From: a virus
Lineage: Duplodnaviria > Caudoviricetes
Direction: 5' to 3' (one strand)
Virus record (IMG/VR): IMGVR_UViG_3300044993_000048
Location: 1 to 50,388 of that record
DNA: 50,388 bases
A program made the translations under genes and the position numbers. The notes beneath the pieces were generated by a model, which searched no databases, was not told where the DNA came from, and saw only the letters and a list, made by a program, of their open reading frames with translations. Shown here one piece after another: positions 1-9,752 of this stretch (its first letter is position 1; every line of letters begins with the position of its first letter).

Positions 1-94
1 GGCCGTCAAAGACCATGTCCCGAAGAAGCATTTTCCTGCCGCTGCGCCCGCAGATACCTACTGCGTTATCACCCCTCGCATATTTTCGCGGCAT
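1..94 (-). CDS. 5' part of a conserved small phage virion-region protein, runs off the window
   Basis: ATG at 94 just after the adaptor stop; MPRKYARGDNAVGICGRSGRKMLLRDMVFDG resembles the 'yA.Gk.A.aiCDrcG' proteins that follow the adaptor in this phage type. Confidence 0.6.
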   Translation of the reverse strand, partial: MPRKYARGDNAVGICGRSGRKMLLRDMVFDG

Positions 95-97
95 AAC

Positions 98-841
98 TCA
101 CCTGACCCTCGTGGGGCTATAGCTCATCGTCATGCCGATCTCGATGTCGCTGCGCTCCCGATCCTCCTGTCTGAGCTGGTCCAGCGCTCCACCAATCCGA
201 TTCGGATCAGGACCACGGTACAGCGCGCCAATGGCGGCCGCCCTCTCCGGGGCAAACTTCAATGCCAGCCGAAACGCAAGGCCCAAAACCATTGCGTTCA
301 ACGCTATGGGCGGGATCTGAAGCGAATTCCTCAATGCGCCAGCGTCTTCGATCTGCCTCAAGTAGTCGTAAACGATGATGTCGGTCGTGTTCTCGCCTAA
401 CTGCCAGAACTTCACCGTGACCCCAGACGCTTGCCGATCAACGAAATACCGATCAGGACGGCCCTGAAGATTCTTGTCCACAATCTTCAAGTATTCGTCC
501 CTGCTGATCTGGTACATCTCCGTGTCCCTGCCGTTGCGGCGAAGGACCATCCCCATTACGTCAATGGCACCTGTTGGCAATGTGAATGAGTCCAGCCCGA
601 CACTCATCGCCTGAGTATCCTGCTGAACCATCCACTGACGAATCCCGATAGTTGACCACTCCGAGTTCAGCATGAACTTGAGCGACCGAAACGAACTTGT
701 AATATGCCCAGCCCCCATCGCCGAAGGATCCATGCCCGCGATCTCGAACGCTTCATCCAGAATCTCGTGGACCCTAGGACAAATTGAATGACTGCCACTT
801 GTGGTGCAGTCTTCTTCGTTCAGCGGAATACCTAACGGCAT
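98..841 (-). CDS. Head-tail adaptor / tail tubular-type protein
   Basis: 247 aa; TSG..EILDEAFE..G, RSL..ML..EW..G, ISRDEYL.I..K...GRP..YFVDRQ pattern; position downstream of the capsid genes. Confidence 0.7.
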   Translation of the reverse strand: MPLGIPLNEEDCTTSGSHSICPRVHEILDEAFEIAGMDPSAMGAGHITSSFRSLKFMLNSEWSTIGIRQWMVQQDTQAMSVGLDSFTLPTGAIDVMGMVLRRNGRDTEMYQISRDEYLKIVDKNLQGRPDRYFVDRQASGVTVKFWQLGENTTDIIVYDYLRQIEDAGALRNSLQIPPIALNAMVLGLAFRLALKFAPERAAAIGALYRGPDPNRIGGALDQLRQEDRERSDIEIGMTMSYSPTRVR

Positions 842-849
842 GGCCTACC

Positions 850-1482
850 TCAGAACGACGGCTTGACCACCGCACACTTGAGCTGCGCACCGCTGGTCGT
901 GCTCGTGTTGACGATGCGGAAGAACGCCGCCCTAGGCTCTCCGGTAGCGCCCGCAGAGCCCAGCGAGATCGTCGTCGTCTCCGGATACGCCCCGTCCCCC
1001 GGGATGTTCATCACGTTCTCGTTGGTCAGCTCGATGATGCCAGCGGCAAACGTCCCGCCAAGGTCTGGCGGCAGCGCCTGAACGCGCGCTGTCGGAATGT
1101 CGCCGCCCTCAAGCAGCGTGTTGTTGTGCAGCCACGGCCCGCACACGCGGGCAGGGTAGCCGATGCTCACCGTGTCGGTGTCCGTGATGTCCGGCACTAC
1201 AGAGATCAGCTCGCTGAACACACTCAGCGTCCGCACGGTATTCGCGTTCGGCCCGCGAATGCGTTCCACGAAAATGTTCCCGCGCCGATCCCGGCCCGTG
1301 ACAGTCAGGGTGACGTTGGACGTATCTCCTGTCGACGTGAACGTCACCTCCCGGGCGGGGGAAATGGAAGACGCCGCGCCCAAAAGGGTCATCGCCGTGT
1401 TCGCCGTGAGAGCCTGCGCCGCAGCAAAGGCCGCGTTCGACGCGGCCCCCTGCGACAACAGGTTGATCGTCTTGATTCGCAT
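850..1482 (-). CDS. Putative virion structural protein (beta-rich), paralogue of 1539-2255
   Basis: 210 aa, T/A/G-rich, RBS GGAGG; shares the GD...T.TV.G.D..G....E motif with its neighbour. Confidence 0.6.
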   Translation of the reverse strand: MRIKTINLLSQGAASNAAFAAAQALTANTAMTLLGAASSISPAREVTFTSTGDTSNVTLTVTGRDRRGNIFVERIRGPNANTVRTLSVFSELISVVPDITDTDTVSIGYPARVCGPWLHNNTLLEGGDIPTARVQALPPDLGGTFAAGIIELTNENVMNIPGDGAYPETTTISLGSAGATGEPRAAFFRIVNTSTTSGAQLKCAVVKPSF

Positions 1483-1538
1483 GTCTGCCTCCTACGCCCT
1501 CTCGCCCATGCGCGGCTCGCGGGTCGCAGTCGTGATGA

Positions 1539-2255
1539 TTACGAGCTGAACTGAGTGCCGTAGGCGTTCTCAGAAGCATCCTCAACGTTGATCAGCGCCG
1601 TGTACACGTTGGTACCGTTCGGAGCCGTCGTCGGCTGAATGGTCCCGCACGGATCGCCCGTGGTCGCCGTCGGCGTCGCCGTGTCCCCGGCCACAATCGT
1701 TCCAGCCTCAGGCACCGCATCGTTGACCTTGAGCAGCAGAACGTCACCGACACGAATCCGCGCCGGAACGCCAAGGCGATTGTTCGTGCCCACCGTCAGG
1801 TTGCCCGTCATCGCCGCCGACACCGAAACGCGCGTGACGGTCTTGAACGCCTTCTGGAAGTTCACCGCCGTCGTACCGTTGAGCGTGCGGGTCTCAGTGA
1901 CGGCGCGGCCGACCGTGTCGGTACCACGAACCGTCACCGTCTGCGTGGTATCGCCCGCGTTGGAAGAGGCCATCTGGAGGCTGCGAGGGACATCCAGCGT
2001 CGCCACCCCGCCAGAGGCCAGAGAACCGTTGATGTTCGCGTTTACCGCGCCAGAGATCGCCTGCGCCGCGCAGATGTTGTTGGTAGCCGCAGCCGTAGGA
2101 GCCGTGAACCCCTGAAGCGATCCAGCGCCCCAGCGCACCACCATCAGGTGCGACCGAAGCATGCCGGGAATCGACCCCGAAAACGGGGCGTTGGGAGCAT
2201 ACGCGCGACCGCTCAGAAGCTGATCAGCGCGAGAAATGTTGTTTCGACGAGCCAT
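1539..2255 (-). CDS. Putative virion structural/decoration protein
   Basis: 238 aa, T/A/G-rich, directly downstream of the MCP, RBS AGGAG. Confidence 0.65.
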   Translation of the reverse strand: MARRNNISRADQLLSGRAYAPNAPFSGSIPGMLRSHLMVVRWGAGSLQGFTAPTAAATNNICAAQAISGAVNANINGSLASGGVATLDVPRSLQMASSNAGDTTQTVTVRGTDTVGRAVTETRTLNGTTAVNFQKAFKTVTRVSVSAAMTGNLTVGTNNRLGVPARIRVGDVLLLKVNDAVPEAGTIVAGDTATPTATTGDPCGTIQPTTAPNGTNVYTALINVEDASENAYGTQFSS

Positions 2256-2302
2256 GTACGTGTCTCCTAGTTCCGAGGGACGTTGCCCTCACTTTCAGAC
2301 AA

Positions 2303-2327
2303 GGGCGGGAGGTACTGCCTCCCGCCC
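2303..2327 (-). terminator. GC-rich hairpin after the major capsid gene (terminator or stabiliser)
   Basis: Perfect 10-bp stem GGGCGGGAGG-TACTG-CCTCCCGCCC; weak U tail (TTGTCT) on the - strand. Confidence 0.6.
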
Positions 2328-2344
2328 CACTCGATTGCCTGCGA

Positions 2345-3250
2345 TCAGGCCCCGGAGCTTGCGACCATTCCGCGCCAGTCGGTATAGCCGAAGCTGTACC
2401 GCTCGCGCTTTTTGTATCGCATGTTGCCGGTCTCGAAGTCGCCCTCGACGCCGCCAGAAACGGCCTTGCGAACGAAGTGCTTCATGCCGTCCGGAACATC
2501 CGTCTTGATGAACCACGCATCGGGGTCAGTCAGACGATGATTGACGGAAAAGCCATCTCGGATCGAGCCGAGCTTGTACATCGCGTTGATGTTGTTGTCC
2601 CCGGTATCAGGCTGATACGGAGTCATCAACAGTCGGGTCGCGATGAACTGAAGCTCGGTCGGCACGATCAGCCTAACGGCCTGCGCGCGGATCGGAATGC
2701 CGCGATCATCGGTCCACTCGCCCATGAGGATCAGAATCTCCTCCAGAGCAGCCTCCGACAGATCGGCAGGCGTGGCCAGCGTGTTCGACAACGTGCCACC
2801 GCCCGCCAGCGGGTGCGCCGTCGAGAACAGCGCGACGCCGTCACCACCCGGGAAGTTAGCGTTGAAGCCGTTGTTCAATACAGCGGCCCCCTTCACTTCC
2901 TTCGTATGGATCAGCGAACGCGCGAGGGCTCGGGACATCTTGGCTCCAATCGAGCCATACAGTCCGTCCTCCTCCGCCTCTTCGGTGATGGCAAAGCCGA
3001 GCGCAATCGTCTCGTGCTGGTAGCGAGCCACAAACGACTCACCACCATCATCGTAGTCAATCGGCGCGCCTTCCGGCTTCACCGCCGCGGCACCAAGGCC
3101 AAACATCAGAACGTCTTCCTCGTACGCCTTCTGCGAGGATTCGACATCGTAGATGTCACGCCACTCTTCCGGGTGCCGTTCGTACTCAAGACCGAAAACA
3201 GTGTTCAGACCTTCCTGAAGCTGCTTCCGGAAATCGCTGCGATTCATCAT
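2345..3250 (-). CDS. Major capsid protein (Mu gpT-like, HK97 fold)
   Basis: 301 aa; GLNTVFGLEY, ARYQHETIALGFAITEEA.ED.LY, GGDGVALFSTAHPL, LTDPDAWF, DFETGNMRYK.RERYSFG.TDWRG. Confidence 0.9.
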   Translation of the reverse strand: MMNRSDFRKQLQEGLNTVFGLEYERHPEEWRDIYDVESSQKAYEEDVLMFGLGAAAVKPEGAPIDYDDGGESFVARYQHETIALGFAITEEAEEDGLYGSIGAKMSRALARSLIHTKEVKGAAVLNNGFNANFPGGDGVALFSTAHPLAGGGTLSNTLATPADLSEAALEEILILMGEWTDDRGIPIRAQAVRLIVPTELQFIATRLLMTPYQPDTGDNNINAMYKLGSIRDGFSVNHRLTDPDAWFIKTDVPDGMKHFVRKAVSGGVEGDFETGNMRYKKRERYSFGYTDWRGMVASSGA

Positions 3251-3277
3251 TGCAGTGTCTCCTGTAGGTTCAGTCGG

Positions 3278-3850
3278 TCAGATCGCTGTCATCGCGCCAT
3301 CGTGGTAGTGCAGGCTCAGCGCCACGATCAGCTTCGCGTTCGTGTTGACAAAGTTGTCAGCCCGACGCGAGTAATCGTAGATCTTGAACACAGCACCCGA
3401 GCCGATGGTGGCCGAGTCAAGCTGTTGCCCACTCTGCCCCGTGAGCGCATTGCCCGCGACTGCAAAAGTGGGATTGGCCAGCGCGCCAATGTCCGCCAGC
3501 GCAAATGCTCCCGAGGCTTGAATCTCGAACAGCAGTCGCGGATCGTCGTACACGAACGCATCTGGAACAGTGCCTGTCTGGACCGTGGTGCCCGACACCC
3601 ACCGAGGCGAGAAGATGATGTCTCCCGCCTGAGCGATGTACGAAACGCCGTCGAAAACGCCAATCACCCGATCACCCACCGCGGCTTGCAGCGTGATGTT
3701 CTTCGAGGTCACAGTCGGAATCACCAGATCACCACGGAAGATGTTCTGAGCGAGGCCGGATGCGATGTGATGGCGGTTCGCACGGATTACACCACCCGTC
3801 AGATGGCGAACCACCTGACATCCAGCAGGACGGCTAACGTTTGTAGACAT
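3278..3850 (-). CDS. Capsid decoration/cement-like protein
   Basis: 190 aa immediately upstream of the MCP; NIFRGDLV, IGVFDGVSY, VYDDPRLLFEIQ motifs typical of this gene position. Confidence 0.65.
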   Translation of the reverse strand: MSTNVSRPAGCQVVRHLTGGVIRANRHHIASGLAQNIFRGDLVIPTVTSKNITLQAAVGDRVIGVFDGVSYIAQAGDIIFSPRWVSGTTVQTGTVPDAFVYDDPRLLFEIQASGAFALADIGALANPTFAVAGNALTGQSGQQLDSATIGSGAVFKIYDYSRRADNFVNTNAKLIVALSLHYHDGAMTAI

Positions 3851-3881
3851 GAGTCGTCTCCTGAATTAGTTAAGGGTTGTG

Positions 3882-4517
3882 TCACTCATCGTCGGGAATG
3901 CTTGCCGCAAGGTTCCCACGGCTCGCGCGCGTCGTGACGCGGGTCTTCCGGACCGGCTTCAGCAACGGCATGCGCGGGTCGTTCTCCTTGAACAGATTCC
4001 TGTCGATGCTCTCGGTCATCCTTGCGAGCTTTTCCTGATACGCCGCCATGCGCTGGGCATGCAGCTTCTCCGGAAGCTCCATGAGGATCAGACCTCGCTT
4101 GACGATGTACTGCCCGTATTTCCCGTGGAGGTCGGCCGTCAGTTCATGTACCCGTTTCACAGTGGACTTGCGCACGGGACGCCAACCCTCGGACATCCTC
4201 TTTTCAAGGTTGTCCGTATCCTCGGCATTGCCTGCACGGTAGCGAACCCACTTGAGCACGTATCCGGGCCTTGCTTGAGGCGCGTCGAGCATGCTGGGGC
4301 GTCTCCACGTCGTCGGCAATTCGCTGTCACGGTCGATGTCGTCCACCGTATCGACCTGACGAGCAGAATCATTTTGATCATGCACGTCCGAATGAGCGAC
4401 GTAATGCGTCTGCTTCTTCTTCGGCGTGCGCTTGTGAGTCTTGGACCGTTGCGCTGCGGCGATCTTGCGCTCGGTGCGGCGGATGTATTCCGCTAGTTCA
4501 TGTTCTGACGTGCTCAT
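3882..4517 (-). CDS. Conserved head-module protein of unknown function
   Basis: 211 aa; WRRPSMLDAP..PGY..KWVR, KRMSEGWRPV, GLILMELP motifs. Confidence 0.7.
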   Translation of the reverse strand: MSTSEHELAEYIRRTERKIAAAQRSKTHKRTPKKKQTHYVAHSDVHDQNDSARQVDTVDDIDRDSELPTTWRRPSMLDAPQARPGYVLKWVRYRAGNAEDTDNLEKRMSEGWRPVRKSTVKRVHELTADLHGKYGQYIVKRGLILMELPEKLHAQRMAAYQEKLARMTESIDRNLFKENDPRMPLLKPVRKTRVTTRASRGNLAASIPDDE

Positions 4518-5563
4518 GAACGGCCTCCTGCGGCAAGGATGGTGCGCTGGCGCTCTTTCGCGAAACGCTTGCGATGCTCGTCGTTGTTCGGATCGAGCCC
4601 GAAGATGCGCATCGTGGCAAAGTCCTGATTCGTCAGGCGAACTCGCCCCGCCGCCACGGCCGCACGCTCGGAATTGTCTCGACGCCCCGAGCGATTGATG
4701 CCGCCAACCGGCGCAAACCGCTTCGGGCTAGGCGTCGGCCGCTCATCGTCAATGTCCACGCGCTGATCCAATTCATCCTCCGCATTCACCGGCTGCCCAT
4801 CCGAATCCCGCACGTCCAGCTCCGGATAGGCTTGCTTCAGCCGGGAAGCCAGTTCGCGCAAATGCTCCTCTGAATACAGCTCGAAATCAAGCTCGCCAGC
4901 CTTGATCTCGGCCATGATTTCCTTGTCGATTGTGATCGCATCAGCCCTAGCATCACGGAAACGACTGAGATTCCACCACTTTTTGTTGGCCCGAATCCAA
5001 TCGTCCACAACCCCCGGAGGGCGCTCTTCTCGGTTTGGCTCCGGCTTCGGCTGCTCAGCAGCCTCCCTGCTCTGCTCAGCCTTGAACTTCGCGAGCTTCA
5101 GATCCGCCACAAGGTCTGCAAGCTGGATGTTCAGATCAAGCTGCTCCGTCGTCTTGCCGTGTTCAATCGCCAGTTCGAGCTTGGCCCGCAGTTCCTGAAT
5201 CTTGCGTTCGATTTCAGACACCTGAGCCGCAAGCTGCGCGCCAGTCGCCGACTGCTGGCTCGCACGCTCCAGCTTCGCCAGCCGCTCCCGCAGCTCCATG
5301 GTCTCGGCAGTCTGCTCGTTCAGCCGCTGCTCAACCCGCCGACGCAGCGCAATCTCGCGGTTGATTCGACGCTGAACCTTCTTCGAGTACGATTCTTCGT
5401 CATCCGTGTCGGTATGCACCGCGCGCTGCTCACGCTTGTCATCCACAGCAGGAGCTGCCTGTTTGCCGTCATCGTCGGCAATAGACACCACCTCGGCCTG
5501 CCGATCATCAGCGATCACGTCTGGCCGTGACGGATCAATGTAGTCTTCGCCTCGCGTCCCCAT
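4514..5563 (-). CDS. Putative scaffolding protein
   Basis: 349 aa, acidic coiled coil (YSKKVQRRI), W...N.WW motif, C-terminal 'VRLT.QD...RIFGL' helix; between portal and MCP. Confidence 0.7.
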   Translation of the reverse strand: MGTRGEDYIDPSRPDVIADDRQAEVVSIADDDGKQAAPAVDDKREQRAVHTDTDDEESYSKKVQRRINREIALRRRVEQRLNEQTAETMELRERLAKLERASQQSATGAQLAAQVSEIERKIQELRAKLELAIEHGKTTEQLDLNIQLADLVADLKLAKFKAEQSREAAEQPKPEPNREERPPGVVDDWIRANKKWWNLSRFRDARADAITIDKEIMAEIKAGELDFELYSEEHLRELASRLKQAYPELDVRDSDGQPVNAEDELDQRVDIDDERPTPSPKRFAPVGGINRSGRRDNSERAAVAAGRVRLTNQDFATMRIFGLDPNNDEHRKRFAKERQRTILAAGGRS

Positions 5564-5588
5564 GTTTTCCTCCAGCCCTCCGGCTGTG

Positions 5589-6023
5589 TCAGATGTAATG
5601 CTTGATCTTCTCAGGATCGGTCACGAGCATCAGGACTTCTGTGTCCATCAGCACGCGAACGCTGCGGCCGTTGCGAAGGTCGATCTCCTGACCCGCGTAC
5701 CGCTCGTGCAGGACGTAGTCACCCACCTTCGGAATGTTCGGCTCGTCGCTCAACAGCAACCCGGCCTGAGTGCGAGCCTTGAATGCCATGCTGCCAACCT
5801 GCAAAACGCGGCCCACGGATGTCCGAATGCGATCCGCGTCCTGAACCTCATCAGGCAACACGATCCCACCGTCCGACTCCGCACGTGGCTTCATCGGCTC
5901 CACCACCAGCCGCCAAAACATCACCTTGAACGGCAAATCTGCCGGATCAAGCATGTCCTGCTCCTGCAACTCTTGCAGGGCCTTTCTCAACGCGCTACTC
6001 ACCATCACCATCCTCCTCGTCAA
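5589..6023 (-). CDS. GroES-like co-chaperonin
   Basis: RLVVEP...ESDGGIVLPD, VGRVLQVGSMAF, PKVGDYVL..RYAG, VLMDTEVL. Confidence 0.85.
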   Translation of the reverse strand: MTRRMVMVSSALRKALQELQEQDMLDPADLPFKVMFWRLVVEPMKPRAESDGGIVLPDEVQDADRIRTSVGRVLQVGSMAFKARTQAGLLLSDEPNIPKVGDYVLHERYAGQEIDLRNGRSVRVLMDTEVLMLVTDPEKIKHYI

Positions 6024-6225
6024 TGTCGTCGCCGCGATTGATCCGCCGCTCCAGATCGTCGATGTACTCGATGATCTTTTTGCCTTCGGCCGCGCGACCC
6101 ACCAGCTTGTGATACTCCTCCCCGGGAACGCCGCTGGCCATGCGTTCGAGGTGTTTCTGTCGCTCGCTGGCTACGTCGCTCCTCACTCGACGCAGCACAG
6201 CGATGTGCATCGGAAGCTCTGCCAC
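5995..6225 (-). CDS. Small helical phage protein
   Basis: 76 aa; 'L.SG....EYHKLVGR..G' pattern usual just upstream of phage GroES. Confidence 0.7.
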   Translation of the reverse strand: MAELPMHIAVLRRVRSDVASERQKHLERMASGVPGEEYHKLVGRAAEGKKIIEYIDDLERRINRGDDIDEEDGDGE

Positions 6226-6372
6226 TCAGCCCCGACCCTGCACGCCCTTGGCCTTCGGGCTCGACGAGCCGTTGCCCTGCGTGCCCTTGGCTTTCGGCGA
6301 ACCACGGCCCATGCCCTGAGTCCCCTTGTGACCGCACGATCCGCCACTCATCTTTCGATCTTTCGCGTTCAT
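6226..6372 (-). CDS. 48-aa Gly/Lys-rich basic microprotein (not in the ORF track)
   Basis: RBS AGGAG, ATGA overlap with the upstream gene, stop abuts the next GTG; MNAKDRKMSGGSCGHKGTQGMGRGSPKAKGTQGNGSSSPKAKGVQGRG. Confidence 0.7.
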   Translation of the reverse strand: MNAKDRKMSGGSCGHKGTQGMGRGSPKAKGTQGNGSSSPKAKGVQGRG

Positions 6373-6596
6373 CTCTTCTCCTTTCCGGTAATGCGCCGGA
6401 CGTTGTCCAGCCGAAATGCCTGCTGCCCCTGCCCCTTGCTGTAGAGGATCGCAATGAACCTCAACAGCTCACGAAACGATACGCTCAGCTCGCGCGCCGC
6501 AGAAGCGAATTGTCTCGGCGAAATGCCAAACCCCTTCCTGTGGTGCGCAAACAGGAAAGACCGCGCCTTGCGAACTTCCGCTGCACTCGCGCTCAT
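6369..6596 (-). CDS. Small basic hypothetical protein
   Basis: Start re-called at 6596 (ATGA overlap with the portal stop); 75 aa MSASAAEVRKARSF... Confidence 0.6.
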   Translation of the reverse strand: MSASAAEVRKARSFLFAHHRKGFGISPRQFASAARELSVSFRELLRFIAILYSKGQGQQAFRLDNVRRITGKEKR

Positions 6597-9112
6597 GGCT
6601 TGCCCTTCTTGCTCTGGAGCGCCGACTTCTGCTCGGCCGCCTTGAGAGCCATCCGGGTCTTCATCTGATCCCGACGGCCCTCCATCGCCATCTTTCGCAC
6701 CCATTCCGCTTCCATCTGGCGACGGCGTGCAATCGCGTCCGCGTTCTCCCGAATGATCCGAGCGGCCGTCTCATCGTCCATCTGCTTGAGCTTCTGCGCG
6801 TGCAGCTCATCCCGCCGCCGCAGCTCCTGCTTGTGCCGCTCCTCATCCTGAGCCTGCTTGGCGACGAATGCCGCCGTCTCGCGCTCGATCTTGGCCTGCA
6901 CCTCGGCATCTTGGGCAGCACCATCATCCTGCTGACCTTGCTGTTGCGGCGGCGGCGGGGGCGGCGGCAGGAACTTCGTGGCAACCACGGTGATCGCCTG
7001 CTCCAGCTCCGGAGGCATGTCCTCATCGTTGTTCAGGATGTCAATCGGCGGCATCGGCACTCCGGCCGCCTGCATCATCTGGCCACTGACGACTTCCATC
7101 ATCGCCAAAGCCATGTGCTCGCGGATGTGCGCCATCGCGTTCTGGTAGATGGGCTCAAACTGATCTGCTGGCAGCGTGCCCTGAGCCGTCATGACCATGT
7201 TCTGGTGCGCCATGATGTGCATGTCATGAAGCTGTCCGGCAAACGCCCGGACACCCTTGCCCACCATCATCAACGCATTCTCGGTCACCGGATCCACGTA
7301 GTGCGGTTTCGGGACCTTCGGCGTGATCTTGTCGGCATACGGCACCTTCAGAGCCTTCAGCATCTCCGTATGCGCCGCCGCCCGCTGCTCCGGATCGTAC
7401 ATGCTGGGGTCTGATCCCATCAGCTCCAGCACGGCCTGAGCCAGCGCAATACGCTGCACCGAGCTGATAATGTTCGGGTCCGCGACCGGCAGCACGTCCA
7501 CCCGCTCGTCGAAATCGGCCTTGAACGCCTGTTTCGCCTCACCGTTCAGGTGATACGGGTACTCGTCATACGGCGCGTAGCGGTGAATCAGCGCCGCCAA
7601 TTGCGAGAACTCGTTGCGCGCCGCCGCGAAAATGCGCTTGTGGATCGCGCTGAACAGCTTCATCGACTGCTCGATCAGAGCAATCGTCGTGCCGACTGGT
7701 GCGCGATTGCTGGCCTGCCCGACCAAAACCTCGGTGATCGACGCAAACCGCCGCGCATCGGCCACCAGCATCTGAAGCATCTGGAACAGCGCCGGACTCG
7801 GCTCCCGGAACGGCGGCGTGAAGAACGTCTTCGCCAGCTCCTCGGCCGTCGCGTCCACGTCCTTCCACTGCCCCGGCGTGATCGTCAGGGCCTCGCCCTT
7901 CTTGATCCCATCCTTGGCCCGGAACCCGCCCTGCACCGTGGCCATCAGGGACGCATCGAGTAGCGCGCGAACCGCCCCGCTGGCCGCCTCACCGAGCGAG
8001 CCAATGACGTGCGGGAACCCCCATCCGTAGAAACCAAGCCCCGGCAGGAACTTCTTGTGCGAGAACCAAATCTGCTTTTGGTACCCCGGGACATCCTCTC
8101 GCCACAGGCGGCGGATCGACAGCACCTCGCGCGTCTCGACCAGCAGCTCGACCACGTAGCACGGCTGGAACTCCTCCTCCGCCTCGTCCACCAGCGGATC
8201 CACCCCCTCCGGCAGCGTCAGCTCGACGTGGTACTCCAGCCGGGTATACAGCCGGTCATCCTCGTGCAGCGCCCGCTGCCTGCGGTCTGACTTCTCCCGG
8301 ACATCCACTTCCATCGACTCGACTTCCGCAGACCGCACAAGGTCGATGTCCCGATACGCCCCCCGAGAAATTGCCTGCTTGATCATCTCGCCCGTGATCC
8401 GATCCCGATGGGCGTATCGCGGCACGAACCGAAGGTCTTGCTCCGAGTAGTACGGGACGATGAAATCCTCGGCCCTCACGAACCGAGACTTCGGCATCCC
8501 GTCCACCGGATCGACGAACGTCTTCTTGAACGTCGAACCGTCAATCGGCAAAACGAACAGCTCCTGATCCGTGTCCGGGTAATACCCCCGGTCCACTTCC
8601 GTCAGGTAGTAGTTCATGAAATCCTCGACCCGCTGGGCCTGCGCCCGCGTTTCGTCGGTCGATTCCCCGGCCAACGCGACCTTCACCGGGCCGGTCGCGG
8701 GGAAGAATTCCTCCATCGCATTCGCCTGAAACTGCACCACAGCCTCGGCGATCACCGGATGGAACGCCCGGGCCGCCCCCGGAAATGGCAGTGACGTGTC
8801 TGGGATCTGCTCCGCGCCCAGCATCCGCAGCGCACGGGACTTCATCGAGTCCCAGTCCTTGCGGCTCTCCAGATCGACCCGGTGATACTCGATCAGCCGA
8901 TCCGCCAGCGTCAGCAGCTCGCTGGAAGACATCCGCTCGGCCAGATTCTCATCGAACCCACCCGCCGCAGGCTGGCTCAGTGCCGAGCCGTCGTACTCGA
9001 AATCGTACTCAATCGACCCGTCCGGCATCTCAGTGACGGCCGTATCCCCGTCCACCCGAGACACCGGGGCCTGTTGCGCAATGATGACTTCGATTTCTTC
9101 GGGTTCAACCAC
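6593..9112 (-). CDS. Portal protein (P22-like, long C-terminal coiled coil)
   Basis: 839 aa; FDENLAE, PFPGA...HPVIAEAVVQFQANA, GSTFKK, FLPGLGFYGWG, APVGTTIALIEQ, VLPVADPNI; RBS GGGAGG. Confidence 0.9.
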   Translation of the reverse strand: MVEPEEIEVIIAQQAPVSRVDGDTAVTEMPDGSIEYDFEYDGSALSQPAAGGFDENLAERMSSSELLTLADRLIEYHRVDLESRKDWDSMKSRALRMLGAEQIPDTSLPFPGAARAFHPVIAEAVVQFQANAMEEFFPATGPVKVALAGESTDETRAQAQRVEDFMNYYLTEVDRGYYPDTDQELFVLPIDGSTFKKTFVDPVDGMPKSRFVRAEDFIVPYYSEQDLRFVPRYAHRDRITGEMIKQAISRGAYRDIDLVRSAEVESMEVDVREKSDRRQRALHEDDRLYTRLEYHVELTLPEGVDPLVDEAEEEFQPCYVVELLVETREVLSIRRLWREDVPGYQKQIWFSHKKFLPGLGFYGWGFPHVIGSLGEAASGAVRALLDASLMATVQGGFRAKDGIKKGEALTITPGQWKDVDATAEELAKTFFTPPFREPSPALFQMLQMLVADARRFASITEVLVGQASNRAPVGTTIALIEQSMKLFSAIHKRIFAAARNEFSQLAALIHRYAPYDEYPYHLNGEAKQAFKADFDERVDVLPVADPNIISSVQRIALAQAVLELMGSDPSMYDPEQRAAAHTEMLKALKVPYADKITPKVPKPHYVDPVTENALMMVGKGVRAFAGQLHDMHIMAHQNMVMTAQGTLPADQFEPIYQNAMAHIREHMALAMMEVVSGQMMQAAGVPMPPIDILNNDEDMPPELEQAITVVATKFLPPPPPPPQQQGQQDDGAAQDAEVQAKIERETAAFVAKQAQDEERHKQELRRRDELHAQKLKQMDDETAARIIRENADAIARRRQMEAEWVRKMAMEGRRDQMKTRMALKAAEQKSALQSKKGKP

Positions 9113-9200
9113 AGCCAGCCTCCCACACGGGGCTCATGGTGCGGCAGCTTCCCGAGGAAGGGGCCACGATGGACCGATTCTATGCCCGCATCGTCTCGCG

Positions 9201-9226
9201 AGAAAGAGAGGGGGCGAATCGCCCCC
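9201..9226 (-). terminator. Intrinsic terminator ending the inserted gene block
   Basis: - strand GGGGGCG-ATT-CGCCCCC followed by TCTCTTTCT; a TAGAAT -10-like box follows at 9177-9182, ahead of the portal. Confidence 0.55.
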
Positions 9227-9317
9227 GCTCAGTCCCGGTTGGCGGCAGCCCGGGCGCTGTAGTCGCTACGCCGTGGATAGGAAGGGATATCACGGCGCTT
9301 GTCCGCCGATCCATAGC

Positions 9318-9752
9318 CTACACGCTTCTGCGCGCGATGATCAGCTTGAAATCGCTCGTGGGGACATGCACCACGGGCTCAGTGTCCCCGCTCTGCCCCC
9401 GATCCACCCGGCCGCCCTGCATGGCCGACAGGTTGCGGTTGTCGTCGCGCCAGTAGAACAGCCCGTCCGGCCAGCGCACCACCACGATGAACGGGACACC
9501 GGCCCCTCGCGCCAGCACCCGCGCATGGATCACCTTCCCGAGCGACAGCAGTAGCGTGTCGTACTTCTGCCCCCGCGCCTTGAACTCCGCGAACGACACC
9601 AGCCTGTTCTGTCGGTACAGCGCCCAATCCACCCCGTACAGCGTCGGCGACAGCTTCTCGACGCTGCACCTCCATGCCCGCTCCAGATACCCGGCCGCCT
9701 CACGCTCGACGGCCAGATCAGCACTGGATTCGTTGTGGGGCCGGAATGCCAC
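9318..9752 (-). CDS. PD-(D/E)xK-like nuclease-fold protein
   Basis: Start re-called at GTG 9752 (TAGTG overlap); YGVDWAL...FAEFKAR = D..ExK; C-terminal GGR.DRG..GD.EP. Confidence 0.65.
   Translation of the reverse strand: MAFRPHNESSADLAVEREAAGYLERAWRCSVEKLSPTLYGVDWALYRQNRLVSFAEFKARGQKYDTLLLSLGKVIHARVLARGAGVPFIVVVRWPDGLFYWRDDNRNLSAMQGGRVDRGQSGDTEPVVHVPTSDFKLIIARRSV

Noticed and set aside
2477-3937. 486-aa + strand ORF and similar long antisense ORFs (43295-44512, 45916-46755, 13893-14720)
   Set aside because: Shadows of well-supported - strand genes in high-GC DNA; no RBS or motifs
5589-6023. GroES as evidence of host DNA or novelty
   Set aside because: GroES-like genes are a known part of head modules in this phage type
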